64,000 bases of DNA from Selaginella moellendorffii. Its lineage: Eukaryota > Plantae > Lycopodiophyta. The stretch is taken from contig NW_003314266.1 in assembly GCF_000143415.4 (NCBI RefSeq), positions 2,947,964 through 3,011,963 on the forward strand. The letters run 5' to 3'. Of this stretch, positions 34,891-45,479 are shown one piece after another. The notes beneath the pieces were generated by a model. The model saw only the letters and a program-made list of their open reading frames with translations, had not been told where the DNA came from and searched no databases. Numbering within the stretch: the first letter of the stretch is position 1; the number at the start of each line of letters is the position of its first letter. The position numbers and the translations under genes are program-made.

Positions 34891-37350
34891 CTACCAGTAG
34901 TCTCCACAAGAACACGCACCATTCTCAAAGTGGTGGAAGCGTATAGCATCACGAACAACGATCTTCCGCCCCACAACCTTGGAGATGGCCTTGACGGCTG
35001 CATGGCAATCAAAGCACACGCGGAGGTTCTTGACAATGTGGAGCGCAGTTCCTGGCGGAGTGGAGATCAGCCCAAACGCGATCGCCAGCCTCTCACTGTG
35101 GTACCAAAGCAGCTGCTCCTTCTCCTCCTCCTCCACGTCCCGAAGAACAGCTCTCACGTCAGCGACATAGCCCGCCTCCTTGACTCGCGCCTTGAGCCTC
35201 TCGATCTCTGCGTGAATCCTCCCGAGCTGCGGGTGGAGCTTCTGCGCCGCCATGAACTCGTGGACGCGATCCTTCACTTCGATGCTGCTCAATCCCGGCT
35301 GCTTGGTTATCCCCCTGAGTCTCATCGCCTTCCTCGTTCTCCTGGCCTCGTCCATCCTCCCGGTCGAGGAGTAGAGGTTTGAGAGCAGTATGTAAGGCCC
35401 CGAGTCCTCTGGATCCAGCTCGTAGATAAGCTCCGCGATGCGAGCCCCTCGATCGACGTCTCCGTGCATCCTACATGCGCCTAGGAGAGCTAGCCACGCC
35501 GAGGAGTCGGGCTCGTATGGCATGCTGTTGATGAGATCTTCGCTGAGCTGCAACTGGCCGGACCTTCCCAGGAGATCGATCAAGTTGAGGTAGTGCTCAA
35601 ACACCGGCACCACTCCAAAGTCGCGTATCATCGAGACGAAGTAGTCCACCCCGTCCATGGAGCGACCGGCGTGGCTGCATGCGAAGAGGAGGCCGAGAAA
35701 GGTGATGCCGTTCACTTCCAGGCCGCCTTGAACCATCTCGTGGTAGAGCTCGATAGCCTCCGTCTCGTAGCCGTTCTGTGCGTAAGCAGCGAGTATGGCG
35801 GACCAAGTCACGGTGTTTTTCTTTCCCAGGCTGTCGAAGATGGCTCTTGCGTTATCCAGTCGCCCACATTTGCCATAGAAGTGCATGACCGCCGTGCCGA
35901 GAGCCACGTCCATGGGAATCCCGCTTGCGGTAATGTCGTCGTGGACCATCCGGCCTTCCGTGTGTGCTGCTAGAGCCGCGCAAGCGTCGATGATGGTGAG
36001 AAACGTCACTGCGTCTGGCTGAACCCCTTCCAAGTCCATGAATCTGAACACCTGGATGGCCTTCTTGCACTGCCAGTTTTGAGAGTAGACCGCCACCATG
36101 TTGTTCCAAGTCACCAAGTTCTTCCGAGGTAGACTGTCGAACACGGCCCTGGCAGCGTCCACGTTTTTACACTTCCCAAACATGTTGACGAGCGACGTCC
36201 CCACCATGGTATCGGACTCGAGCCTCTTGTCCACAGCTATAGCATGGACGATCCGGCCTTCTTCTTCGGATGGAAGACTGGCACAGGCGTCGATTGCGTT
36301 GATCAGAGTGACTTGGTTCGCTATCACACCCTCTAAGTCCATGGTCTTGAAGAGGTGGAGAGCTTCCTTGCCTAGACCGTTTTGCGTGTAAGCTCCAATG
36401 ATGCCGTTCCAGGAGATCACGTCCCTGTTCTCCATTCTGTCGAAAAGTACCCGAGCTTCGTTCATGTTTCCATCCTGAGCGTATGCCACCACCATCATGT
36501 TCCACGTTGCAGTGTTGCGCTGAGGCATGTCGTCAAAGAGTTGTCTTGCTTCCACCAGGCGACCGTTTTGAGTGTAGGCCGTGACCAAAGATGTCCAGGA
36601 AATCACGTCCCTCCTGGTCATCGTATCGAATGCCTGCTTCGCCTTGCCCAAGCAGCCACACTTGCCATAGAGGTTGATGATGGCGTTGCCGACGTCCACA
36701 TCTAGATGCAAGCCGTGGAAAACTGCCCTGGCATGATACGTCTTTCCAAGAACCAAGTTCCGGATGTTCGAGCAGGAGTTTAAGATGCAGACGAAAGTGA
36801 TCCGGTTTGGAGAGACGCCTTCTTGATCCATCATGCAAACCAGCCTGATAACTTCGTTTCCTGGCGAGCCCGTGATGATGGTGTTCCATGAAGCAACGTC
36901 CCTTGCCGGCATTTCATCGAAGAGAAGCCTCGCTTTGTGTTGATAACCATACTGGCAATATGCTGTGATCATCGTGTTCCAGGACACTGTGTTCCGATCC
37001 GGGTTCCGACCAAAGATTTCTTCTGCCTCTTCCAGATGACCGTTTCGGATGAAGACCGTCATCATGATGTTCCAGGAAAACGCGTTCTTTTCCTGAATCT
37101 GGTCGAACACTGACCTCGCCTCTGCAATGCCCCCACACTTGCCATACATCTCGATAAGCAGATTCGCGATGAGTCTGTCACTGGCATATCCATCCTTGAC
37201 AAGGCAAGAATGGACCCGCTTGCCCTCCAGCAGGGCCTTCGAGTCGGCGCATTTCTTGAGAAGCAAGACGTAAGTCGAGATTTCTTCTCGCCGCTCATCA
37301 ACTGTCCTGTTACCATTTGCAGCTGACCATCCCGCAGTAGCGACGCCCAT
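34891..37350 (-). CDS. PLS-class PPR-DYW protein
   Basis: Intronless 819 aa. PGLSSIE, HSERL, CFDCH, terminal DYW. Confidence 0.95.
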   Translation of the reverse strand: MGVATAGWSAANGNRTVDERREEISTYVLLLKKCADSKALLEGKRVHSCLVKDGYASDRLIANLLIEMYGKCGGIAEARSVFDQIQEKNAFSWNIMMTVFIRNGHLEEAEEIFGRNPDRNTVSWNTMITAYCQYGYQHKARLLFDEMPARDVASWNTIITGSPGNEVIRLVCMMDQEGVSPNRITFVCILNSCSNIRNLVLGKTYHARAVFHGLHLDVDVGNAIINLYGKCGCLGKAKQAFDTMTRRDVISWTSLVTAYTQNGRLVEARQLFDDMPQRNTATWNMMVVAYAQDGNMNEARVLFDRMENRDVISWNGIIGAYTQNGLGKEALHLFKTMDLEGVIANQVTLINAIDACASLPSEEEGRIVHAIAVDKRLESDTMVGTSLVNMFGKCKNVDAARAVFDSLPRKNLVTWNNMVAVYSQNWQCKKAIQVFRFMDLEGVQPDAVTFLTIIDACAALAAHTEGRMVHDDITASGIPMDVALGTAVMHFYGKCGRLDNARAIFDSLGKKNTVTWSAILAAYAQNGYETEAIELYHEMVQGGLEVNGITFLGLLFACSHAGRSMDGVDYFVSMIRDFGVVPVFEHYLNLIDLLGRSGQLQLSEDLINSMPYEPDSSAWLALLGACRMHGDVDRGARIAELIYELDPEDSGPYILLSNLYSSTGRMDEARRTRKAMRLRGITKQPGLSSIEVKDRVHEFMAAQKLHPQLGRIHAEIERLKARVKEAGYVADVRAVLRDVEEEEKEQLLWYHSERLAIAFGLISTPPGTALHIVKNLRVCFDCHAAVKAISKVVGRKIVVRDAIRFHHFENGACSCGDYW

Positions 37351-40300
37351 CTAATCGTCGTCATCTGTGATTGTGAAGGCCCTTCTTTTGGCTGGCTTCG
37401 GTATGGCTTCAGCTTCGGTACCTGCTAAATCCTCCAAGTCCATCATGTCCTGGCTAGCGTCGTCAGCAGTTTGGTGTTTCACCAGTCTTTTCTTTCTGTT
37501 TACAGGGTGCCCTGGAGGAACGTCGAGCCTGAAAGAAGCGCTAGGAAGTTGGCGTCTTGATAAATTGGCAAGTTACAACTTACACTTCCTGAAGGTCCAC
37601 TTCCGCATCGGATGGCAACCTGTTTTCCTCCACGTAGTCAGCGTTGTTAGCAGCAGGTAGTGTTCTGTTCTCTGTATCTCCCTTCTCAAGGTCACCTTCA
37701 TCGTCATCTTCTTCTGATTCAGTCCACCCCTGATTGTCTTCAGAACTCTCACCGTCCTCCCTGCAAACGTCATGAGAAATCTATAAATCAATCAAGCTTT
37801 TGAACTGACCATTCATTCAAAGGCTGGACGCCGTCGTGATTGCCCTTATCTAACTCGTCGTCCTCCATATCGTCATTCCTGTGACAAATGTTTTGCAGCT
37901 TCTGAGTGTGATGGTAAAAGGCTTACCTGTCAGCGTCAATTGGACTTGTTCCATCAGCGTGAATGTGAGATGGTGTAGTCCCGTTACGATGTAGACCGAG
38001 CTGTTTTAGCTTTCTTGTTACTTGCGCACTGGATATCTTCCCATCGCTATCCAATGCTCCTGCAATCAGTTTGGAGCAGCTACGCTTGTGCTTAAACCTG
38101 AAACAAAACATCCTCCAGGTGTTAAAGAAAATTAAGGTAAAGTCTTACTGTTGGAAAAGCTCAATAATGCGCTTTTCATCTTCCTCATTGAAAGGACCCC
38201 TTCTGCGTTTCTTGGGCACAGGTACTGTTCTATGAGCAACTCCTCGTTCGCCAATAATACTAAGAAGAGGAAAGTCAAGGAACGAACCTAAGTATAGGAA
38301 AATGTACCTCGTGGATTCAGAAGCCAGGTTGACAAAACCATCATCAGCTTCTTCTTGAAGAGCGTCCGCAAGGCAAGTAATAGATGTATCCCCTTCGAAC
38401 TCGTAATCATCGGCAATGTCACGGGATGATTCACGGCTTCTTGTAAACAGCACATCCACGTAAAGCCAAGGATTCGACTTCAGTTTCTTGAAAAAGTTAC
38501 GAACGACTTTGTTGATGAAGGAGATGAGGAATTTGTACTCTTCTAGTTTTTGAAGTTTTTCATCCAAAAGGATGGTTTCAAAGGTTTCAAGGATTGAAAT
38601 CTGCAATATTCAGGCTTAAAACGAATCAATTCGGAAAACAAACTCGACAGACCTCGTATAGCAAGGGCTCCAGCTCGCAATCTTTGCATATCCGGTGGAG
38701 CATACAAACGATGTAATAATTCAAGGCAGGGCTGTTGGACTGGTAGAATGTCAGGAGCCAGCAATAGTTGGAAACGGTTGTACTGTCTGCAAACGTATTA
38801 ACGCATTTGAGGACGTTAAAAGTGCCTTCTCGCGTTGAAACATTATCATGGTCGTCTTGGAGGTCGTCAAGCAGTGGCTCTGCTTGCGCCTGCTCCTTAT
38901 CACCTCCCGCCTGCTCCTGATCACCCCCCGCCTGCTCCTGATCTCCTCGCAAAATGTCGTTATTTTCCTCTAGTGAAGCCTTCGACGCTTCAATACTCTC
39001 AGGTCCCGCATCTGATAAATCTTTAGAGTCATCCTGTTTTTTCCTGGATGCTTTATTTCGAGCCTTTTGGACAACCTGCTCCAAAATACATCTCAAATTT
39101 GCGATATAGAGGCATTTATTTAACTTACTCTCAAAGCACCGTCTTCCTGGATTGTATTTTCCATCAGTTTCAATGCGACATGAGTAATTTCGACCATGTT
39201 CTCAAGATATCTACATGGACAAAAATATGCATTCTTTTAAAGTTTCAAATAAATTCCCTTTACCTCCGAGGTTGTTTGTAGTTGTTGAATGCCTTGATTG
39301 ATCTACAGCATGTATTCAAGATGCCTCTTTCGGTCTGATCATAGAAAACCTTATAAGTAAGCGTCCTAGCAGTGCGAACATCACGATTGGAGAAATTTGA
39401 CCGTTTCTTGAGCACTAAATCCAGAATATGAATCTAGAAAAGAGAAAACAGAAAAGAAAGAATAAGCCGACACTACGAGGGAACTAGGCTTACCATCTCT
39501 TTTAGCAGGGAAACAACCGCGACAACCGGGATCCAGTCATTAGGAGATTTAGCAGCTTCCGTATAATCATGCCATTTTGATACAACCATCTGAAACGTCT
39601 CTTCATTCATTGTACATGAAACATGACCACAGACTGAATCTGATAAAGCACTTTCATCTGCCTGTCAAAGGTAGTAAGGAACAGAACTCAAGTAAAGACA
39701 ACTTACAAGTGTTTTCAGAAGCTTATAGCGTTGATAGCTTAGAAAAAATTCAGCAACTTCATAAAAGGTAACAAAATCAGAAGTCTCAATCTCTCGCCGT
39801 TCTCTTTCAACATCTTCCTGGAAAGTCTGTACCAAGACTGGAAAGAAAAGAAAAAGTAATAGAACAGATTGGAATCAAAATTAACGTACTGTTATATGCT
39901 CCCGTTTCTAAAAACTGATCAGCATAGTCCTTTAGCGAGACGCTGATATCGTCTCGAGAAGGTAAAGGGACGTTGATATCGCGAGCAAACTTTTCTTCAG
40001 GTTCCTCGACTTGTGGACACTTCTTACTGGTTTCATCCGCTGCTTGAAACGGGCTTGTCAGAACCATTTTTCTGGTACCGTCCTGTCTCCATTAAAAATT
40101 ATAGAGTAATGCTAAGAAACTTTTCGGCACCTTGTCAACACGAACAAATGTCCCAGAGAAGTGTGTGCGGCGGTGCATGTTCTTCCGTCGCATTTCATTT
40201 AAAGCATTTGAACTTGTCTCCTTTGTCTGATATTGCAGCTCAGTAAACAACCGACTTACAAATAAAAGACGAAACTACACACCTTTCTCGATGCTTGAAA

Positions 40301-41350
40301 GAGCAACTCTGGTTTTTGACCCCAGAACATATGGTGTAGAATCTGAATAATAAGGAAGTTATCCTTCCGGATGCCATTTTTGAAGGCGGGCAAATACTTC
40401 GTAACGGCTAGGACGATGTCCGGTCCGCACTCGCGAAACAAACTCTCGAGAATACCATCTCGCAGTTGAGAGTACCGCTCGGCAGGGTAAGGACCAACCC
40501 AGTTCATAGCTTCTGGTACAGCCAGAAGGTTCTGAATGAAAGCGAGCACCAGCTGCAAAAGCCTCCAGTCATCTTCACTGACAGAGCCCCTACAAGAGCA
40601 TAAAGACAAGTTATGAAAAGCAGGCATCAAAAGCTAAGCACATACTTTTCCAAATGCCTGAGAGGTTCTTCTAGATGTGCGATAATTGCCCCGAGAACAT
40701 TGCGTTCGCGAAACTCTTCTTTGATTTGGCACAGGTACTCTACTTGGTCGAACGTGTTGGTGGAGTTTTGATCGATGGGAAGAGTGAGGAGAATCGACAC
40801 CTTCACTGGAAAAAAGAAAAAATGAAAAATGTAAGCCATGAAGAACGAAAAACACGACAGGAATGGGACTAACACGATGCAAGAAAGAGATGACGATCTT
40901 CCGAATAGTGCTGTATGATCGGTACCAAGTACTTCCCCGCGACATTCCATTGCCCAAGCTGCATAAACACACGCCTGCTATCCGGATTGTCTCTCGTCAA
41001 GCACCGCTGAAGCTCCCTCAGTTTTTCTGTGGGAGTGAACGAGCAAAATAAGCATAAACTCCTCCAGCCATGAAATCCATACCTAAGCAGTGAGATCCCT
41101 TGACGAAAACCTCCGATCCTTGGTGCCAATCGTCGCTGCCGCTCGTCTCGAACGCTCCAATCCCCGAAACAATGGAAGCTAACCTCCGCTCGTCCGTCGT
41201 CTCCAGCTTCTTCTGGATCTCCTCATCCTGCTTGCGCGCGCCCTGTGACCAGGGCGCATACACCAGCACTGGCGCCGCGGCATTCTTCCTCGTCGCCTTC
41301 TTCTCGGCGTCGTCGCCCCTTGGCGGGCTGGACGCCGCCTCGTCCTCCAT
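37351..41350 (-). CDS. TIM: TIMELESS/Tof1 replication-fork protection protein, multi-exon
   Basis: Exons give LRELQRCLTRDNPDSRRVFMQLGQWNV, ILLTLPID, LVLAFIQNLLAVPE, RHTLLWDIC, NYYIVCMLHRICKDCELEPLLYE, QVTRKLKQLGL, and end KRRAFTITDDDD* (TAG 37351-37353). Confidence 0.9.
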
Positions 41351-41376
41351 AGCCGAGCTCGCGCGAACCTAAAATT

Positions 41377-41396
41377 TTCAAAAGCTCCCGCCAAAA
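41377..41396 (-). promoter_or_regulatory. E2F site followed by CHR-like TTTGAA upstream of TIMELESS
   Basis: Minus strand TTTTGGCGGGAGCTTTTGAA, 27-46 nt upstream of the ATG; expected for a replication gene. Confidence 0.65.
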
Positions 41397-41659
41397 TGGC
41401 AATAAGAGCCCTAAAAAAGCTGGGTTTGGTGAAGATAGAATGCCTTCACGCGGCATTTGCGGCCAACAAGAAATAATAGGAGGGGTCAATTTGGTCACCA
41501 AACCATCACAGCTTTTTTCTTTCTTTCCGTTCGTATCGTATTTCTACGACGGATATTCTTGTCCATTGGCAAGAACTTTTTTGTTCTTCCCAGCTGTTCT
41601 CCATATCTCCACATTCGGTCGAAAATTCTTCCACCCCGGAGGGAAGAAATCCAGCTCCA

Positions 41660-43277
41660 ATGGCGGCCGCGGCGACAGTGATGAAGAGGGAGCTGGGGTC
41701 GTCCGAGGAGAATTGGACGCGATGCACAGCCGGCGGCACTGGGATTGGGATTTTCGGCATGGCGCTGCGCCAGATCGTCCAGACGCCGAGCATTCTCCTG
41801 GCTGCCAAAGCGGTATGTGAGAATCACTCAATGCTGCGAGCGCAACTCGTCCCCGACGCGAAATCTTCCTCCAAGAAGCTGGCATTCGAGGTCCGGAGCG
41901 TCGATTCTTTCGCACCAGTGGTGGAATCACTGCCGTGGCCAGAAGAAGGAACCCTAGGTTCTTGCGATGGCGACGAAGAAGCGCTCGTCAAGAGCGCGCT
42001 GCAGGCGGTGGTCACAAACGAGCTAAATCTTCCCTTCCACAAGGAGCACAAGGAGCTCGATCACACCGTGGATATCTTCCAAATCCACGTCTACGAGGAG
42101 GCTTCCAGCGGCTCCTCGATCATCGTTCTTAGGTTTCACAGCGGGGCTTGCGACAGATATTCTTCCTCCACCGCCGCGCAGGAATTCGTGGCGGCGCTCG
42201 ATCGATGCGTGGAGGCAGGGGTAGAATGCGAGCGCCAGGAGCAGCAGCGGCAGGATCGCGATGGATTGCTGCCGTGCATGGAAGATCTGGTTCCCAAATC
42301 CAAGGCGTCCAAGGGTTTCTTCAAGAAAGGGATCGATGCTGTGGGATACGCGCTCAACTCCTCCAAGAGCGCGCTACTGCCGTTCCAGCCAGGATTCACG
42401 AAGCAGCCACACGCGACGCCGTTTAGATCCGAGATCCTGAGCTACAGCCTCGGCAAACCAGGTACATTGCTCGATTCAAAGCTTCTCGTGCCAGATCTTG
42501 GATGAATTTCTTGAAGGTACCGAGGATTTCTTTGCGGCTTGCAAGCGTGAGAGCACGACGATCGCAGCGGCGCTCTCGGCGGCATTCCTCAAGATCGCCG
42601 CCAGCGTCACGAAAGAAAAGAAGCAAGACACATTCTCCTTTACAAAGTAACTCTCTCGACGCTTGGTTTCTATAGTGAGTGAGGAATTATTTTTTTTTTC
42701 TTTGTGAAGTGTGCTGGATTGCCGTGGATACTTTGAGCCTCCGCTGGACGCCAGCGTTGTGGGGAACTACTCGGCCGGATTGCCTCACGACGAGCAAGTC
42801 AAGGAAAGCGTTCCATTCTGGGATCTTGCAAGGCAGATATCGTCTTCCACCGAGAAGAACTTGGCAAAGAGCCGCCATTTCTCCGAGCTCTCCGTGCTTA
42901 ATATGCTTCTATCCCAGGTACTTGTGCTGGTTTTTGGGCTGTCGTATAAGACTCTGTTCTTATTCTTACAGGTGATCAAGCATCCGAGCGTTACACCCAG
43001 CTCGTCCATGAGGACAGCACTCTTCACCGTGTTTGTGGACGGACCAACAAAGTGTAGCTGGGGGAACGTGAAGAACCTCAAGCTTGCTGGAACGATTGGG
43101 CCGCTGGCGTCCATGCACTACGTTGGACCTTGCTTCTCTGTAGCCGAGGCTCTACTTGATGGTCCCGAGCTCTCTCTCACCTTCGTTTACACGACGCCAA
43201 TGTACTCTCGCAGCCAGCTCCAAGACTTGGTATCCTCGTCGCTTGATCTTCTCAAGTCTGCGGTTGCTTCCAATTGA
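41660..43277 (+). CDS. CoA-dependent acyltransferase / condensation-domain-like protein (AT3G52610-like), about 3 introns
   Basis: RELGSSEENW..GGTGI N-terminus, HSMLRA, RFHSGACD (HxxxD), DCRGYFEPPL..VGNY, FWDLAR. Confidence 0.75.
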
Positions 43278-43365
43278 GGTACTACTTCCAGCTAAGTTTT
43301 CTGGAGGGCATATCTTTTTCGAGATATTGCCAAACTCGATTGATCAATTAATCCTTTTGGTGTTT

Positions 43366-45276
43366 CTAAGATCCCGCATAGAGGTTGTGGAGAAGCCTGT
43401 AAAGCTTCTGGTGGTTCTTATAAGACGTCGCGTTTGCGGCAGCACGGGCCCCGAGATGAACGTCCCCTTGGCTTCTACAGGCTCCAAGCAAAGTAAACCA
43501 GGCTGCGTCACGACCTTCAACAGCTCCACTATCGGGTGATCTTTTCAATAAGTTTATGATTCTCTCGGCTTCTCCAACTTGTCCAGACCGCCCGAGAGCG
43601 TCGACCATGCAACAGTAGTGCTCCGAGCTTGGTCTCAATCCTCGCTCGCTCATCGATGCAAACTGGATCAAGCAATCCTCTAGCTTCCCGACTTGACAGA
43701 GCGCTGTGAGAAGGCCGAGGAAAGTTACCTCGTCCGGCTCCACACCACTGAGATCCATCTCCTGGAACAGCTCAATCGCAACCTCCTCGCAACCATTCTC
43801 GGCATATCCTTGCAAAAGCGTCGTCCACGAATAAACATTTGGTTCAGGGATCTCGTCAAAGAGTTTCTTCGAGTAGGAAAGATGCCCGTTCTGGGAATAT
43901 GCTGCGACAATGGCACTCCAGGCTCTTATGTCTTTGTAGCTCATGGCATCGAACACATGTTTTGCTTCAGCGAGATTCCTGTCCAAGGAATATGCGCCGA
44001 TCATGGCAACACATGCCACGGAATCGTAGTGAGGCATTCTATCAAATAGATCTCGCGAATCTTCCACATACCCTTGCCGGGCATAGACGGTTACTATTGC
44101 GTTCCATGCTATAAGATCCCTACTGGGCATTATATCAAACATCCACCTGGCATTCTCCAATTGGCTGCACTGCGCAAACCCCAAGAGCATACACGTCCAT
44201 GTAATCAAGCTTCTCTCGGGCATTTTGTTAAATACAGTCTTCGCTTCGTCTAGATACCCGTACTGCGTATAAATCTGTATCATCGTGTTCCACGTGGAAA
44301 GATTCCTATAAGGTATGGCCTTGAATAGATTCCTTGCTTCGTCCAGCCGTCCATGCTGTACGTGCGCCGTGATCATGCAGTTCTGTGATACCACATCCCA
44401 ATGCGGCATATTATCGAAAAGGAGAACAGCATTTTCTAGATGCCCATTTTGGGCATATGCTCTCACCATAGCGGTCCACGCCACTACATTCCTATACTCC
44501 ATGTTGTCAAAGATTCCTTTTGCCTGAAGTACGTCACCAGCGTCTCCGTACCCAGCCACCATAATGGTCCATAGCACTAGATCAAAATGGGCCACAGCTT
44601 CGTACAGGGATCTCGCCTCAAGCATATGCCCATTGCGGGCATATGCCTCAACCAGCGCAGTTACCGCAAGAATATTCGACCCAATAATTTCGGGCATTTG
44701 CTCAAACGTTTGGACAGCCCTTCCAAGCGCGCCAAAATAACTGTAGGCGCGAATCATGGTCATCCACGTCACAACGTCCTTTTGTGGCGCTCTCTGAAAG
44801 AGATCCTCGGCATCTAGAAGATGCCCACTCTGGGCATATGCCACGAGCATGGTGTTCCAGGAGACTATGTCCTTGTAGGGCATCTGGGCAAAGAGATTCT
44901 CGGCATCTTCCAGGTAGCCGTTGGATGCGTAGGCGGTGACGATGCTGTTCCATGAAACGGTGTTCTTGGCGGGCATGGCATCGAAACAAGCCCTAGCGCG
45001 ATCGATGTGCCCGTTGCGGGCAAAGGCGGTGAGTAGGATGTTCCAGGAGAAGATGTTTGGCGCGGCAATGGCCGCGAAGGCGGCGGCAGCGTCGGCGACG
45101 CTCCCGCATTTGCCGTAGGTCTTGACGAGCAGATTCGCAAGGTAGACGCTGGATCGATGGCGAGCGCTGGCCTGGATCTTGGCGTGGATCTGGCGGCAGT
45201 CCTCGGCATGGCGGCAGTCGCGGATCGATCGCGCCAGGAGCGTGGCCTCGTCGCGAATTTCGAGAGGCGAGGTCAT
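43366..45276 (-). CDS. PLS-class PPR protein dominated by 31-aa S/SS motifs, with E domain, no DYW
   Basis: Intronless 636 aa. Long array of xWNxMxxAYAQNG...A..LF..MP units; AWFTLLGACRSQG. Confidence 0.92.
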   Translation of the reverse strand: MTSPLEIRDEATLLARSIRDCRHAEDCRQIHAKIQASARHRSSVYLANLLVKTYGKCGSVADAAAAFAAIAAPNIFSWNILLTAFARNGHIDRARACFDAMPAKNTVSWNSIVTAYASNGYLEDAENLFAQMPYKDIVSWNTMLVAYAQSGHLLDAEDLFQRAPQKDVVTWMTMIRAYSYFGALGRAVQTFEQMPEIIGSNILAVTALVEAYARNGHMLEARSLYEAVAHFDLVLWTIMVAGYGDAGDVLQAKGIFDNMEYRNVVAWTAMVRAYAQNGHLENAVLLFDNMPHWDVVSQNCMITAHVQHGRLDEARNLFKAIPYRNLSTWNTMIQIYTQYGYLDEAKTVFNKMPERSLITWTCMLLGFAQCSQLENARWMFDIMPSRDLIAWNAIVTVYARQGYVEDSRDLFDRMPHYDSVACVAMIGAYSLDRNLAEAKHVFDAMSYKDIRAWSAIVAAYSQNGHLSYSKKLFDEIPEPNVYSWTTLLQGYAENGCEEVAIELFQEMDLSGVEPDEVTFLGLLTALCQVGKLEDCLIQFASMSERGLRPSSEHYCCMVDALGRSGQVGEAERIINLLKRSPDSGAVEGRDAAWFTLLGACRSQGDVHLGARAAANATSYKNHQKLYRLLHNLYAGS

Positions 45277-45294
45277 TCATCTCGATCTTGTCAG

Positions 45295-45345
45295 TCGGAT
45301 TGCAGAGATTTCGACGGGGTTCCATCGGATTGCAGAGATTTCGAC
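45295..45345. repeat. 21-bp direct repeat in the divergent promoter region
   Basis: TCGGATTGCAGAGATTTCGAC at 45295-45315 and 45325-45345. Confidence 0.9.
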
Positions 45346-45479
45346 TGGATTGCGATCTTTGTGATCTTGGCGAATGGATTCATATCGAAAAGGGAGATTC
45401 CGTGGATTATCAAACAGGCCTTTCTTGGCGCGCACGCAAGTGCCACGTCACACCGCTAATTTAGGGCTCCTCCGGAGGC

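Noticed and set aside
38885-38945. 21-nt repeat (GGDQEQA x3) in TIMELESS
   Set aside because: Ordinary in-frame slippage in a disordered linker.
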